Positions 18,494-28,436 of a stretch of DNA of 64,000 nucleotides are shown here, piece by piece. Location of the stretch: NCBI GenBank assembly GCA_030739585.1, contig JASLYX010000001.1:372452-436451 (forward strand), in the 5' to 3' direction. Source of the DNA: Candidatus Bathyarchaeota archaeon. GTDB taxonomy: Archaea > Thermoproteota > Bathyarchaeia > TCS64. A program made the position numbers and the translations under genes. Each line of letters begins with the position of its first letter. Within the stretch, counting starts at the first letter, position 1. The notes beneath the pieces were generated by a model, which was given only the letters and a program-made list of their open reading frames with translations, was not told where the DNA came from and made no database searches.

Positions 18494-18946
18494 TCAACCA
18501 GCTAGGGGGATTATAATCTCGATGGTGAAATCTTGAGCATCTAAATCCTCAGGGATATACATGATCTCAATGCTATGGAATTCGTTTGATGTTTCGTGTC
18601 CTTGATTCTCGATATATTTCCGCAGGATTTTGTAACATTCCTCTTGAGAAGTATCCGTGTCCTTATAGACAAGAAAAGCCCCGCGGATCGAGGGGAAGAC
18701 CTTAGTTTCAAGCCCCACCACCGAACCATTGATTGGGACCATCAACTCCCTCCGAGTGTTTGTGTCTTTTGTAGGATCGTATTGGACTACCATTGAATGG
18801 ATATATTTGTCTACGTCGATAGAGTGCTGTCCGATGAGGAGACTCAAGAGCTGAGAAATAGCTGGCCCTTCAGATTCCCATGGCCTTAGCACTTTATACG
18901 CTACTTTGATGGGGTCGGTAGTTCTGATTCCTAAGTGTAGAATCAT
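18494..18946 (-). CDS. Hypothetical protein
   Basis: 150-aa ORF, protein-like composition; no motif recognised. Confidence 0.35.
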   Translation of the reverse strand: MILHLGIRTTDPIKVAYKVLRPWESEGPAISQLLSLLIGQHSIDVDKYIHSMVVQYDPTKDTNTRRELMVPINGSVVGLETKVFPSIRGAFLVYKDTDTSQEECYKILRKYIENQGHETSNEFHSIEIMYIPEDLDAQDFTIEIIIPLAG

Positions 18947-19165
18947 TTAGCGTTCACCTTAATTCCCGGCTCTTAGAGTTCCCTGAACTTTACACTCAAT
19001 ACATGTGAGCCATTAAAAGGCATATCTCTATGAAAAATGCCATCTCTGCCGAGTCAAAAGACGATAGGACTCTATGTTCTTATCTACTTGCTTGAAAAAT
19101 ATTGTGTATCTAGTGAAAACAACCCGTAGAAAAATATTTCAAAGACTTTAAACACTGTTCAAGAA

Positions 19166-19954
19166 ATGAACTGGTCTTTCTTTGTGCTCTACCTTGGAGG
19201 ATTAGGTCTTGCAAGTGGCCTTGTGATGAGCCTTATCGGGGCTAGCGCAGTAATGGTAATCGTACCTGGCATCACAATCGTCCTCAATTATCCAATGCAT
19301 AAAGCAATCGGCGTGAGCCTTCTAGTAGACGTTATTGCTTCTATGGCAGTCGGTTACGCATATTGGAGAAACGGGAATGTGGACCTGCGAGAGGGGCTCT
19401 GGATAGCTCTTGGCGCTATTGCCGGGGCTCAGTTTGGGGCTGGCATAACCGTTGAAATCCCCGGGACATTTTTGGCAATTGGCTACGGGGTTTGGATGAT
19501 TGGGGCTGGGGCCACTATCTGGAAAAAGGGTCTTGATAGGACTAAGATAGCTGACCGTTTCTATAAATACATCAGATTCAAGACCCGGACGTGGCAAATA
19601 GTATTATGCATCTTTCTGGGACTGCTGATCGGGCTCAATAGTGGCATTTTCGGGGCGGGGGGAGGGGTACTCATTATGCTTGTACTAATGTTCGTCCTAG
19701 ACTATCCCATCCACAGCGCCATAGGTACATCTACCGTAATTATGGCTATCACTGCAGCCTCCTCGACAACGGGCTACATGATGAGAGGAAACGTAGATGT
19801 CACCGCCAGTCTAATTGTGGCGGCGGGAACAGTAATTGGGGGTTTGTCTGGAGCCAAGTTCGTGAATTATGTTAGCGAAAGAAAACTCTCAAAAATAGTT
19901 GGGGGGATCTTCATGATTCTTGGGGTCGTAATGACGGTCCTTAGATTCTTCTAG
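19166..19954 (+). CDS. TauE/SafE (TSUP, DUF81) family membrane transporter
   Basis: 262 aa, polytopic, with internal duplication and Gly-rich helices (GIFGAGGGVL), typical of sulfite-exporter TauE/SafE family proteins. Confidence 0.6.
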   Translation: MNWSFFVLYLGGLGLASGLVMSLIGASAVMVIVPGITIVLNYPMHKAIGVSLLVDVIASMAVGYAYWRNGNVDLREGLWIALGAIAGAQFGAGITVEIPGTFLAIGYGVWMIGAGATIWKKGLDRTKIADRFYKYIRFKTRTWQIVLCIFLGLLIGLNSGIFGAGGGVLIMLVLMFVLDYPIHSAIGTSTVIMAITAASSTTGYMMRGNVDVTASLIVAAGTVIGGLSGAKFVNYVSERKLSKIVGGIFMILGVVMTVLRFF

Positions 19955-20916
19955 AAAAACTGAATCGCGTTTTCGAGCCTGCTGAGCAGAACAATAGAGC
20001 TCAAGGGTTGCTCATCTATTATATTGTAGCCGGACTCTTTTGATAGTTTTTTAGCGAAAGATCGGATGTCTTTGTGCCACGCCATCTCGTTATATCCAAA
20101 GCGTTTCCTGGCGTAGCCTACTGACATTGCTGCCTTTGTCTCGATATAGGTGGGGTAAGAGACTTTTGCTATCTTCGCGTAGCCAACGGGGTTATGCATA
20201 TTGAGCTTGGGAATAAGGGTGTGCCGGATTACAGTAGGGCAACTAAAGCTCCTGAGGAGTTCTAAAGTTTCGTTGAGCCTTTTCCATCCATCCGATATCA
20301 ACGGTCTACAGGTCCGATTATAAGTCTCCTCATCGGGAGCGCAAACGCTGACATAAAGTTGGGTCGGCTCTGTTGAAAGCTTTGAAATTGCATTAGGGTC
20401 AAGACCGTTGGTCACGATGAATACTGACTTGAAACCATTATCGTAGAATGCCTCGATAAGCTCCCCTAGCCTGGGATAGAGTGTAGGTTCACCCTCAAGG
20501 CTTATTGCTGCATGGTATGGCTCATTGGCCTGCCTCCACATTTCACTTGTAACTTTTGGATTTCCCCCGAATCCACTGATAGCCTTTCTATGGGCCTCAA
20601 GACACCCTTCCACAATTGTTTCAGGGTCGCCAGACTCAGCAGCGGGGAATCTGGATTGATCCCATATTGCGCCTATGGTTTCTGGGGTGGCCCTCCAGCA
20701 AAATAGGCAGCTCTGTGTGCACCGGCCAAGGCTAGGGGTCATCTGAAGACACCTATGGCTGGGTACACCATAGAACCTTTGCTTGTAACAATGTTCCCGA
20801 CCCCCGGTTCTGAGGCTCTTTTTTGCCCAATGGCATATTTTAACAGCACTGTGGTTTCCCACCAAGCGGTACCCCTGGTGCTGGTAAAGTTTCTTTAGTT
20901 CCAATGGGGCGCTCAA
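19951..20916 (-). CDS. taw1: tRNA 4-demethylwyosine synthase (radical SAM, TYW1/Taw1)
   Basis: N-terminus YQHQGYRLVGNHSAVKICHWAKKSL...CYKQRFYGVPSHRCLQMTPSLGRCTQSCLFCWR matches the archaeal Taw1 signature (HxAVKxCxW...CYKxxFYGIxxHRCxQxTPS..C...C.FCWR). Confidence 0.85.
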   Translation of the reverse strand: MSAPLELKKLYQHQGYRLVGNHSAVKICHWAKKSLRTGGREHCYKQRFYGVPSHRCLQMTPSLGRCTQSCLFCWRATPETIGAIWDQSRFPAAESGDPETIVEGCLEAHRKAISGFGGNPKVTSEMWRQANEPYHAAISLEGEPTLYPRLGELIEAFYDNGFKSVFIVTNGLDPNAISKLSTEPTQLYVSVCAPDEETYNRTCRPLISDGWKRLNETLELLRSFSCPTVIRHTLIPKLNMHNPVGYAKIAKVSYPTYIETKAAMSVGYARKRFGYNEMAWHKDIRSFAKKLSKESGYNIIDEQPLSSIVLLSRLENAIQFF

Positions 20917-21057
20917 ATCTACATCAGTATCCGCATAGATTCAAATCCTTTTCGTCGCCTGAGTAAGTGGGGTATTTCCTGTATCATTATCTCCCCTATT
21001 TAGCCCCCGTAGATGTTGCCTTTAGAGTGTCTGGGACGCAGCAAAAGGCGCGACCGC

Positions 21058-21089
21058 CCCAGAGGGTGCTCAGCATCAGACCCTCTGGG
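21058..21089 (-). terminator. Perfect 10-bp inverted repeat hairpin (CCCAGAGGGT-12 nt-ACCCTCTGGG) downstream of the fumarase operon
   Basis: Seen directly. On the minus-strand transcript it is followed by CCTTTTGCT (short T run). Lies between the fumA stop (21255) and the taw1 start (20916). Confidence 0.3.
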
Positions 21090-21254
21090 TTGCCTTGTAG
21101 CCTGACATCTATTATATTCATTGCACTTTTCACGCACGCGATTCGAATAATTTTCCTTAAGGCCTCCCTTGAGATCACTCATGACTATCAATCTTAGATG
21201 GGAGTTGTATATGTTTTTACTCTTTCCGAGTATAATAGCCCCCTTTTGCTGTCC

Positions 21255-22139
21255 TTATGCGATCTTATCTATATGGACCTTACCTTGAGCCGAAATCAAG
21301 GCTCTTGAGTGTCTAAGCGCCCAGCAACTTATAACCAATCCAACAGGGAGAGAGGCAGGATGTCTTGCAGCTATCTCGATGTGGAGGTCGAGGGCCGTCG
21401 GTCCTTCACCCAGTCCCATGACCCCTATTCCTAACTGGTTGACTTTTTCGAGGAGCTCATATTCTATTGCTGAAACATCGGGGTTCTCATTTCTCGATTT
21501 GAAAGGCTTCAGCAAAGCTTTTTTCGCTAGGGTCATGCAGAGGTCCTCTCCTCCCCCGATTCCTACACCGACAAAGTAGGGAGGGCAGGCTAGGGACCCT
21601 GCTTCTGCAAGGGCTTCTATAACGAACTGCTTGATCCCTCTCCATCCCTGACTAGGCTTGAGCATTCTATAAGCGGCTACATTGGTGCTTCCTCCGCCTT
21701 TAGGCATCACAATGATCTCTAAGTCTTCTCCAGGTACGAGGTCGATATAGATGATGGGCACGTGCCCATTGAGCCCGACGTTATCCCCTGTGTTTCCTTT
21801 GAATATGTCTACAGCGTTAGGTCGGAGGGGGACTATCTCCGTTGATCTACGAGTCGCTTTTATCAGCATCTCTTTTACCTTAGACCTGATGGGGAATCCA
21901 TCCCCCACATTGATTAGAAAAGCTATTATGCCCGTGTCTTGACACATCGGCTTGGATCTATCCTGGGCCAGAGTGATATTATCAAGGATGTTCATTATCT
22001 GGGCCCTTCCCACAGACCCAACCAAATCCTCCAGACCTTCCTTAATAGCCCTGATGTACTCAACTGGGAATTCGGTAGCCGCAATTCTTAGCAGCTCGAC
22101 AGTAGTATCCTCAACGATCTTTTCTAGAGCTAAACTCAT
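21255..22139 (-). CDS. fumA: Class I (Fe-S) fumarate hydratase / tartrate dehydratase, alpha (N-terminal) subunit
   Basis: 294 aa with the CQDTG motif characteristic of Fe-S hydro-lyase alpha subunits; 4-bp overlap with the upstream beta gene. Confidence 0.8.
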   Translation of the reverse strand: MSLALEKIVEDTTVELLRIAATEFPVEYIRAIKEGLEDLVGSVGRAQIMNILDNITLAQDRSKPMCQDTGIIAFLINVGDGFPIRSKVKEMLIKATRRSTEIVPLRPNAVDIFKGNTGDNVGLNGHVPIIYIDLVPGEDLEIIVMPKGGGSTNVAAYRMLKPSQGWRGIKQFVIEALAEAGSLACPPYFVGVGIGGGEDLCMTLAKKALLKPFKSRNENPDVSAIEYELLEKVNQLGIGVMGLGEGPTALDLHIEIAARHPASLPVGLVISCWALRHSRALISAQGKVHIDKIA

Positions 22140-22753
22140 TCCTTCATCTCAGCTAAAATCTTTTTCATTCTTTTAGTTACTTTGGCATTGATCTCTTTAG
22201 TCACGTTCCTCCCGTGGCTATCAATTGTTACTATCATTGGACCAAAATTATCAACGTCGTAGACCCATAAGCACTCTGGCATACCTAACTCGTCGAGCCA
22301 GAAAACATCCCTCACTTTCTTGATCCCTCTAACTGCTAAAAGGGCTGCTCCTCCAGTGAAAGCGCCGTACACACATCCATGCTCTTGACATGCCTTAGAT
22401 GTTCGATCTCCCATGCCTCCTTTCCCTATGATGATAGCAGGGCGAAACGCTTCGATGAAATTGTCTTGGAAGATCTCCATTCTAGCAGATGTAGTGGGGC
22501 CTGCCGCGATAACGGTCCATTCCCCCGCTACCTTCTTCATTATGGGGCCGCAATGGAAAATGCCGATCCCTTCGAAATTGACAGGCAATCTTTCTCCTTT
22601 TTCGTTGAGCTCTAGAGACTTAAGATGTGCCTCGTCCCTTGCCGTGATGATTGTTCCCGTTACATAAATGAGATCTCCTATTCTGAGCTTCCTGATCTCG
22701 TCCTCTCTCACCGGCGTCTTGAGGTGATACTCCATCTCTTGAACACTTTTCAA
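22136..22753 (-). CDS. fumB: Class I (Fe-S) fumarate hydratase / tartrate dehydratase, beta (C-terminal domain) subunit
   Basis: 205 aa with the fumarase C-terminal-domain motif IIIGKGGMGDRT and GGAALLA. Confidence 0.8.
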   Translation of the reverse strand: MKSVQEMEYHLKTPVREDEIRKLRIGDLIYVTGTIITARDEAHLKSLELNEKGERLPVNFEGIGIFHCGPIMKKVAGEWTVIAAGPTTSARMEIFQDNFIEAFRPAIIIGKGGMGDRTSKACQEHGCVYGAFTGGAALLAVRGIKKVRDVFWLDELGMPECLWVYDVDNFGPMIVTIDSHGRNVTKEINAKVTKRMKKILAEMKE

Positions 22754-23052
22754 TACTCGGATTAAATTAATTAAAAGTTCTAATAGGAGACCCTAGGCAT
22801 TTTTGTGTTATAGTAATAATTAAAATATTGCAGCAATTTACCTCTTAGGTATATGCCAGGCAAGTTGGAGCACTAAATCACGCGCGATGTTAACTGCATC
22901 ATCATGACTCAGCTAAGCTATATTTATACTTATAGGAAATTGAAGCGAATCTTCCAGATATTCCGCAAGATAGTTGAGGTTGAGAGCCTCCGATAAAATG
23001 AGGTCCGGAAAAACCTGAAAGAAGGTCTCGTTTCGAGCGCCAGTTCATAGTT

Positions 23053-23062
23053 CTTTTATATA
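23053..23062 (+). promoter_or_regulatory. TATA box (CTTTTATATA) with downstream GGAGGG Shine-Dalgarno-like element for the malic enzyme gene
   Basis: AT box 31-40 bp upstream of ATG 23093; GGAGGG at 23079-23084. Lies in the divergent spacer between fumB and the malic enzyme gene. Confidence 0.35.
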
Positions 23063-23092
23063 CATTTATCTTTGATCTGGAGGGATACTAAA

Positions 23093-24433
23093 ATGGAAGT
23101 CACAAAGGAAGATCTCATTACAAAAGCCTCCAAGTGGAGTAAGATCGCCCCGCCCTACCATGCATTCTACAGGGGAAAGGTTGAGGTTATGCCGAAGTGT
23201 GCTATCCGGAGCCTCCAAGACTTTTCTATCTGGTACACCCCGGGGGTCGCTCAGTCATGTAGGGATATTGAGAAAGATTTAGGGCAGGCCTTCGAGCAGA
23301 CAAGCAAATGGAACTACGTTGGAGTGGTTTCTGACGGGACACGGGTACTCGGACTCGGAGATATTGGGGCTCATGCAGGGATGCCTGTCATGGAGGGCAA
23401 GGCCCTCATCTTCAAATATCTTGGGGGAGTTGATGCTTTTCCCATCTGTCTCGCCACAAAGGACCCACAGGAGATCATCCAGGCCGTTAAGTGGCTGGAA
23501 CCCACCTTCGGCGGGATAAACCTTGAGGACTTTTCAAAGCCTAAGTGTTTCGACATTCTGGATACTCTCAGGAACGAGATGCCCATCCCTGTTTGGCATG
23601 ACGACCAGCAGGGAACCGCCGCCGTCGTCCTGGCAGGGGTAATCAATGCCTTGAAAGTCGTTGGAAAAAAGATGAGCAATGCCAAGTTTACCATCGTCGG
23701 CAGTGGAGCTGCTAATACTAGGTCCTTCTATATCCTAGAGTCCGCAGGAGTCAACCCTAAAAATGTAATCATTGTGGATAGCCGAGGAACGCTCCACCAT
23801 AACAGAGGAGATCTCAAAGGTACGTATAAATGGCCCATGACGCTCAAAACGAACCCTGACGGGATCGAGGGAGATAAAACGGAAGCAATGAAGGGAAGTG
23901 ATATCGTCATAGCCGCTTCTAGGCCTGGTCCAGGAGTCATCAAGCCTAATGAAGTAGCATTGATGGCCGACGACGCTATCGTTTTTGCCTGTGCTAACCC
24001 TATTCCAGAGATCTGGCCTTGGGAGGCTAAGGAATCAGGTGCTAAAGTCGTTGCAACGGGGCGTAGCGACTTCCCTAACCAAGTGAATAACAGCCTCGTT
24101 TTTCCCGCAATATTTAGAGGTGCTCTTGACGTTAGGGCAAAAACCATCTCAGACGAGATGTGCATTGCTTCAGCTATTGAGCTAGCCAAATATGCCGAGG
24201 ACAAAGGGATCAATGAAGAGTATATCCTCCCTACTATGAGTGAGTGGGAAATCTACCCCCGCCAGGCAGTAGAGACAGGTCTTACAGCCATCAAACAGGG
24301 ACTTGCAAAGAGAAAGTTAAGCAGGCAGGAACTCTATGAGCACGCTGATTATATTATTGGGAGAACCCATAAGATCGTTGAGCTCCTCATGAAACAGGGA
24401 TTCATCGAGGCTCCTCCCCCTGAGCCCGTGTGA
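23093..24433 (+). CDS. NAD(P)-dependent malic enzyme (malate dehydrogenase, decarboxylating)
   Basis: Small prokaryotic malic-enzyme architecture: YTPGVA, GTAAVVLAGVINALKVVGKK, FTIVGSGAANT, NPIPEIWP. The track start (TTG at 23072) is replaced by the first ATG (MEVTKEDL), which is preceded by an SD-like motif. Confidence 0.85.
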   Translation: MEVTKEDLITKASKWSKIAPPYHAFYRGKVEVMPKCAIRSLQDFSIWYTPGVAQSCRDIEKDLGQAFEQTSKWNYVGVVSDGTRVLGLGDIGAHAGMPVMEGKALIFKYLGGVDAFPICLATKDPQEIIQAVKWLEPTFGGINLEDFSKPKCFDILDTLRNEMPIPVWHDDQQGTAAVVLAGVINALKVVGKKMSNAKFTIVGSGAANTRSFYILESAGVNPKNVIIVDSRGTLHHNRGDLKGTYKWPMTLKTNPDGIEGDKTEAMKGSDIVIAASRPGPGVIKPNEVALMADDAIVFACANPIPEIWPWEAKESGAKVVATGRSDFPNQVNNSLVFPAIFRGALDVRAKTISDEMCIASAIELAKYAEDKGINEEYILPTMSEWEIYPRQAVETGLTAIKQGLAKRKLSRQELYEHADYIIGRTHKIVELLMKQGFIEAPPPEPV

Positions 24434-24470
24434 GCATGAATTTAAACACTAATATTTTTATCCTCCCCCT

Positions 24471-24704
24471 GTGGCATCTATTCGAATAAAGATGCCATCA
24501 TATTGTACTGACTGCGGTGGTGAACTTATCTGGGACCGGAAGCAGAGGATGCACAGTTGCAAGAGCTGCGGTACAATGTTCACAGAATCTGAGTTTTCTG
24601 AAGCTATGGATAAGCGCTTTGAGAGGCCTGAAGATGACGAAGACAAAAGACGCAAACGCCACAGTGATTATCTTGATTGGTGGACAAGCAGCAAAAAAAA
24701 GTAG
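24471..24704 (+). CDS. Small zinc-ribbon protein with basic C-terminal tail
   Basis: CTDCGG...CKSCG (two CxxC pairs) followed by an acidic then K/R-rich tail (DEDKRRKRH...SSKKK). Confidence 0.4.
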   Translation: MASIRIKMPSYCTDCGGELIWDRKQRMHSCKSCGTMFTESEFSEAMDKRFERPEDDEDKRRKRHSDYLDWWTSSKKK

Positions 24705-24831
24705 GATTTACCGTAAATTAAAAATCTGATCAACCCTGTATATTCTCTTTGTTCTAGAAAATATGGAAAGTTACCTCGAACGCTTAATAATCTGGATGAG
24801 AACTAGTTAATATATTACAGGTGTACAATAT

Positions 24832-25485
24832 TTGGTTTTCCCCGTAGAAAGTGAAGATAGAGCGCTCCGTAACATCCTTATGATCTGTCAGGATCACGCT
24901 AGACTTGTCGTTGAAATCTATCGCCGGGTCCTCGTGATGATAGATGGCCTAGTGAAACATAAGTATGGAGGCATAAAAGAGAGCGTTGATGGGGTTCAGA
25001 AGATACGATCTGAGGCAATAACTATTAAACTGGCCATCATAAAGGAGCTCCGCTCCTCAAGGACTCTCTTGTTTAACCGAGAGGATTTTTATCGCCTAGT
25101 TGTCAAACAGTCCGAGGTTATTGATCACGCAGAGTCAGTGGGGGTTCGCATTGGGGCAATAGGGGAGAATAACTGGAAGATCCCTTCCCAGATCGGTGTT
25201 AATCTCTTAGACCTAGCTGACGCCGCCTTCGATGCTCTTATCAAGCTCAGGGAAAGTCTCATTAGCCTTGGGTTCAACTCTGAGCGTTCCCTCATTCTAA
25301 CCAGCGAATTAGACGAACTAGAACGAAAGGTAGATGTGCTCTATAGAATCCTTGATCTCTCGATTATAACCAGTCAGGAAGAACTACCCCTTATATTTAC
25401 TCTCCGAGACGTTTCTATGAAGCTCGAAGAGATGATCGATGCTGCTGTCGAGGAGGCCGACCTCATCAGAATCCTCGCCCTCTGA
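24832..25485 (+). CDS. Hypothetical helical protein (possibly DUF47/PhoU-like)
   Basis: 217 aa, predicted all-alpha with heptad-like leucine spacing; the family assignment is a guess from length and composition. Confidence 0.3.
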   Translation: MVFPVESEDRALRNILMICQDHARLVVEIYRRVLVMIDGLVKHKYGGIKESVDGVQKIRSEAITIKLAIIKELRSSRTLLFNREDFYRLVVKQSEVIDHAESVGVRIGAIGENNWKIPSQIGVNLLDLADAAFDALIKLRESLISLGFNSERSLILTSELDELERKVDVLYRILDLSIITSQEELPLIFTLRDVSMKLEEMIDAAVEEADLIRILAL

Positions 25486-25486
25486 A

Positions 25487-26050
25487 ATGAATATCAAAAA
25501 TAACCTACTCGCCAGCGTAGAGGCCCTCATGGATGGTCGCTTGGTGGTATGGTCTCCACAAGAGAGCCGGAGTCTTTACGCCCACAATTTTTATGGTAAA
25601 CCATTGGGTATACCTAAACCTAAGGGAGACTTTAATGCACCTCTTATTCTTGATCCAATAGAAGGAATCTATCTCCTTGAAAGGATGATGATCTGCGTAT
25701 ATCGAGGAGATAGGGAAAACGAAGTAGGTTTAGATGAACTCATAAAGTCCGCATCTGGGATGCTTGATGGATTTAAAGAGAGATATCAGGTTTACAAAGT
25801 TTTGAGAGATAAGGGGTTCATTGTCACCCCTGGGATCAAGTACGGATGTGATTTTGCGGTGTACGAGAAGGGCCCAGGAATTGATCATGCTCCGTACATG
25901 ATCAAGGTAAAGCGAGAAGAGGAATGTCTTACAGCAGCCGAGATTGTAGAGGCAGGCAGGCTTGCAACCAGTGTCCGGAAAACGTTTATTATCGCTATGG
26001 TAGATGCTAGAGTAGTAAGATTTCTGAGCTTTAAATGGTGGCGACCTTGA
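25487..26050 (+). CDS. endA: tRNA-splicing endonuclease catalytic subunit
   Basis: Catalytic-domain block GIKYGCDFAVYEKGPGIDHAPYMIKV plus the upstream WSPQESRSLYAHNFYGKPLG substrate-binding region. Start moved to ATG 25487, immediately after the upstream stop; the track used an upstream non-ATG start. Confidence 0.8.
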   Translation: MNIKNNLLASVEALMDGRLVVWSPQESRSLYAHNFYGKPLGIPKPKGDFNAPLILDPIEGIYLLERMMICVYRGDRENEVGLDELIKSASGMLDGFKERYQVYKVLRDKGFIVTPGIKYGCDFAVYEKGPGIDHAPYMIKVKREEECLTAAEIVEAGRLATSVRKTFIIAMVDARVVRFLSFKWWRP

Positions 26051-26141
26051 TGGAATCGAGTATATGCTCTGAAATCTTTTGAAAAATCTTTTTCGTGGAT
26101 ATCTGAAAAGTTCTATAAACGAGGAAGGCAATCAGAATTAA

Positions 26142-26756
26142 ATGGGGTTAGAGATGTTAGATCGCTTCGAAGGAAGGATTAACGAACTCGATTCGGTTGT
26201 CCGGGGGTTAGCCATTGATATAACAACAGGAACTGTGGTTGATCGAATCCCCCAAAAAAAATTATGGAAAAAGACTGGAGGAAGGATCAAGGTCGTCAGG
26301 GAGCTCGTTAAAGAACTCTGGGAATACCTCTCAATCCTAAAGCCCGAAAAAGTCCCTTCGATCCAGCGAAGAGTAACAAGTATTTTCGAGCGTCTTGATC
26401 TTTTCAAGGAATCTCTCCTCCAAAATGGCAGCGAGGAAGGGAGCGCAAAGGCATCAATCAACGAACTGAGGAAAGCTCTTGAAGAGATTGCAGAGTTCAC
26501 TTCCCTCTGCAGATCTATTCTAGATGATCCCTCTGAGATAATCCAGACTATCTTGGAGCTGAGAGCGAACCAACAGACTAACCGGCCTCCTATAACTCCC
26601 ACAAAGATGATTCGTCTAGGAAATCTGGTGAAAAACGCTCGGGATTCCAATGGAGAGATAGCTGACCTCGTGACTCTACTCCATGGGAAGCTAACTGAGG
26701 TCAAGGAGGAATACGACGAACTCTATTTTAGCCTCAGTAGAAACAAGGAAGGCTAA
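26142..26756 (+). CDS. Hypothetical coiled-coil protein
   Basis: 204 aa with balanced composition. The overlapping minus-strand ORF (26138-26704) is Ser/Arg-rich and judged an antisense shadow. Confidence 0.4.
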   Translation: MGLEMLDRFEGRINELDSVVRGLAIDITTGTVVDRIPQKKLWKKTGGRIKVVRELVKELWEYLSILKPEKVPSIQRRVTSIFERLDLFKESLLQNGSEEGSAKASINELRKALEEIAEFTSLCRSILDDPSEIIQTILELRANQQTNRPPITPTKMIRLGNLVKNARDSNGEIADLVTLLHGKLTEVKEEYDELYFSLSRNKEG

Positions 26757-26837
26757 AAATAAAACATTCTTGTTTAGTCAATCCTTGAGTTAAACCTTGG
26801 AGAGCTATTTTTAGAGACGCATAGTATTCAACTTAAT

Positions 26838-28436
26838 TCACTTTTTCCATTTAGCGTTTTTTTTCTCATTAGAAAGCCATCTCTTGATATTTTTTATATC
26901 GGTCTCTGTCTCCTTTGTTATATTGTTTCTCATCTTTTTCATCTCACGTTGCTTATATTTTGAATAGTTTTCAAGGCTCACGAAATCCTTTGCCTTCTTT
27001 TTAAAGGACATGTGTTTCAGATTCTTGAGCTTATCATTCGGGGATTTAAGTATCCAGGTGGAAAGATCTTTGTACATCGCCTCATTGATTCTGATCATAT
27101 AACTGAGGAGGGGCAGTATCTCATTTCGCACTTTGCTTAACGATGAATGGGTCTTAACAGATAGTCGCTTCGTGACGCTAATCATCCGCCTCCTAGATTG
27201 GTATGTTCTAATAAAACGCCACTTAGCTTGTGGTTCCCGATAATATGGTAGCATCCAAATGTTCTTGCTGTAAATCCAGCTGGCGCCCAGTTCACGAAAG
27301 TTAGTGTTAAGTTTTGTCCATATTTCCTTACCTAGCCAGCGGTTTGGCTTGAGCATGATCCCCTCAGGGACGTTAGTCGTTTTTATAATACTTGGATTTA
27401 AACCAGCACCCATAATTGCAACATCAAGTTGATCTTTGTATCCCTCACCTTTGCTGTTTTTTCTTGCAAATGTGATGCCTCCAGTCATGAGGTCAAAAAA
27501 GTACTTGAGTAGTCTATAATCAGTTTTCCTGGCTCGTTTCTGGTAAATGTCCGCGCGTGACAAAGCTTGCAGTGCCGTTAATCGCTCATATGGGTTATCC
27601 AAAACGATTGGTACATTTTCATAAATCCATTCATAAAGATCATCGTATTTGATCATGCTCTGATTTATCGTTCTTCGTGCTTTGCGAAAGTCAAATGATG
27701 TAAATATCTTATTGAGAATGTTTGGAGTGTAGTCCTGTCTGTCACGGTGCCCCATAACATCCAAGTCCTCTTTAGTGATAGTCTTCTTTCCGCTTGCTAT
27801 TGCTTCAAGGTCGTTTGTAGCGGATCGGAGATCTCCTTTACTATTCATGGCTATTTCCATGAGGACCTCTGGATGCACCCGTATACCTTGATCCTCTGAA
27901 ATATATTCAAGTTTTAATACTATTTGAGCAGAGCTGACGGGTTTAAATTCTATGCTCTTCGCCTTCTTGAGTATGGACCTAAACCGGACCTGCATATTTT
28001 CCTCAATAGTATTCGCTATTAGGATCATCGGACTTGTAGTCTGTTCAATGATCTTGGAGACCGCAGAGACTCCGCCCCTGTCTTGCTGACCACTGAGCCC
28101 ATCCATCTCATCCAAAATGACCATCCTCTTCTGCCCAAAAAGCGTCACATTCTGTTTTACTGCCTTTCCGAGGGTCTCTGTTATGCTTCCTTTGTTTCTG
28201 GTGTCACTCGCGTTGATCTCCACTAACCTAAAGTCGTGCTCCATAGCCAAAACTTGGGCGACGGACGTCTTTCCTATACCAGGTGGACCATAAATAAAGG
28301 CGGCTCTTTTCTTTGGAGTCTTTCTCAGCCAGCTTCGTATCCATTTCTCTAGTTCATTAACTGCCTTCTCGTTACCTACAAAGTCCTCCCTCTTTTTGGG
28401 TCTATATAATCTAGTCCAGGGCTTTGGGGTGGTCAC
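26838..28436 (-). CDS. rfcL: Replication factor C large subunit
   Basis: PWTRLYRPKKREDFVGNEKAV...FIYGPPGIGKTS Walker A, DEMDG box, long C-terminal basic tail; 4-bp overlap with rfcS. Confidence 0.85.
   Translation of the reverse strand: MTTPKPWTRLYRPKKREDFVGNEKAVNELEKWIRSWLRKTPKKRAAFIYGPPGIGKTSVAQVLAMEHDFRLVEINASDTRNKGSITETLGKAVKQNVTLFGQKRMVILDEMDGLSGQQDRGGVSAVSKIIEQTTSPMILIANTIEENMQVRFRSILKKAKSIEFKPVSSAQIVLKLEYISEDQGIRVHPEVLMEIAMNSKGDLRSATNDLEAIASGKKTITKEDLDVMGHRDRQDYTPNILNKIFTSFDFRKARRTINQSMIKYDDLYEWIYENVPIVLDNPYERLTALQALSRADIYQKRARKTDYRLLKYFFDLMTGGITFARKNSKGEGYKDQLDVAIMGAGLNPSIIKTTNVPEGIMLKPNRWLGKEIWTKLNTNFRELGASWIYSKNIWMLPYYREPQAKWRFIRTYQSRRRMISVTKRLSVKTHSSLSKVRNEILPLLSYMIRINEAMYKDLSTWILKSPNDKLKNLKHMSFKKKAKDFVSLENYSKYKQREMKKMRNNITKETETDIKNIKRWLSNEKKNAKWKK

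Noticed and set aside
21030-21060. GCAGCAAAAGGCG segment faintly resembling the SRP-RNA helix-8 motif
   Set aside because: The diagnostic CCGGAAGG / GNRA-loop context is absent. No SRP RNA or RNase P RNA (GGAAAGTCC-type P4) signature was found anywhere in the window.
22754-23071. Upstream TTG-initiated extension of the malic enzyme ORF (track start 23072)
   Set aside because: The first ATG at 23093 is preceded by a GGAGGG and a TATA-like box at the expected spacing; the TTG extension was rejected.
26138-26704. 188-aa minus-strand ORF overlapping the 26142-26756 plus-strand ORF
   Set aside because: Ser/Arg-rich, low-complexity translation typical of an antisense shadow; the plus-strand product has balanced protein-like composition.
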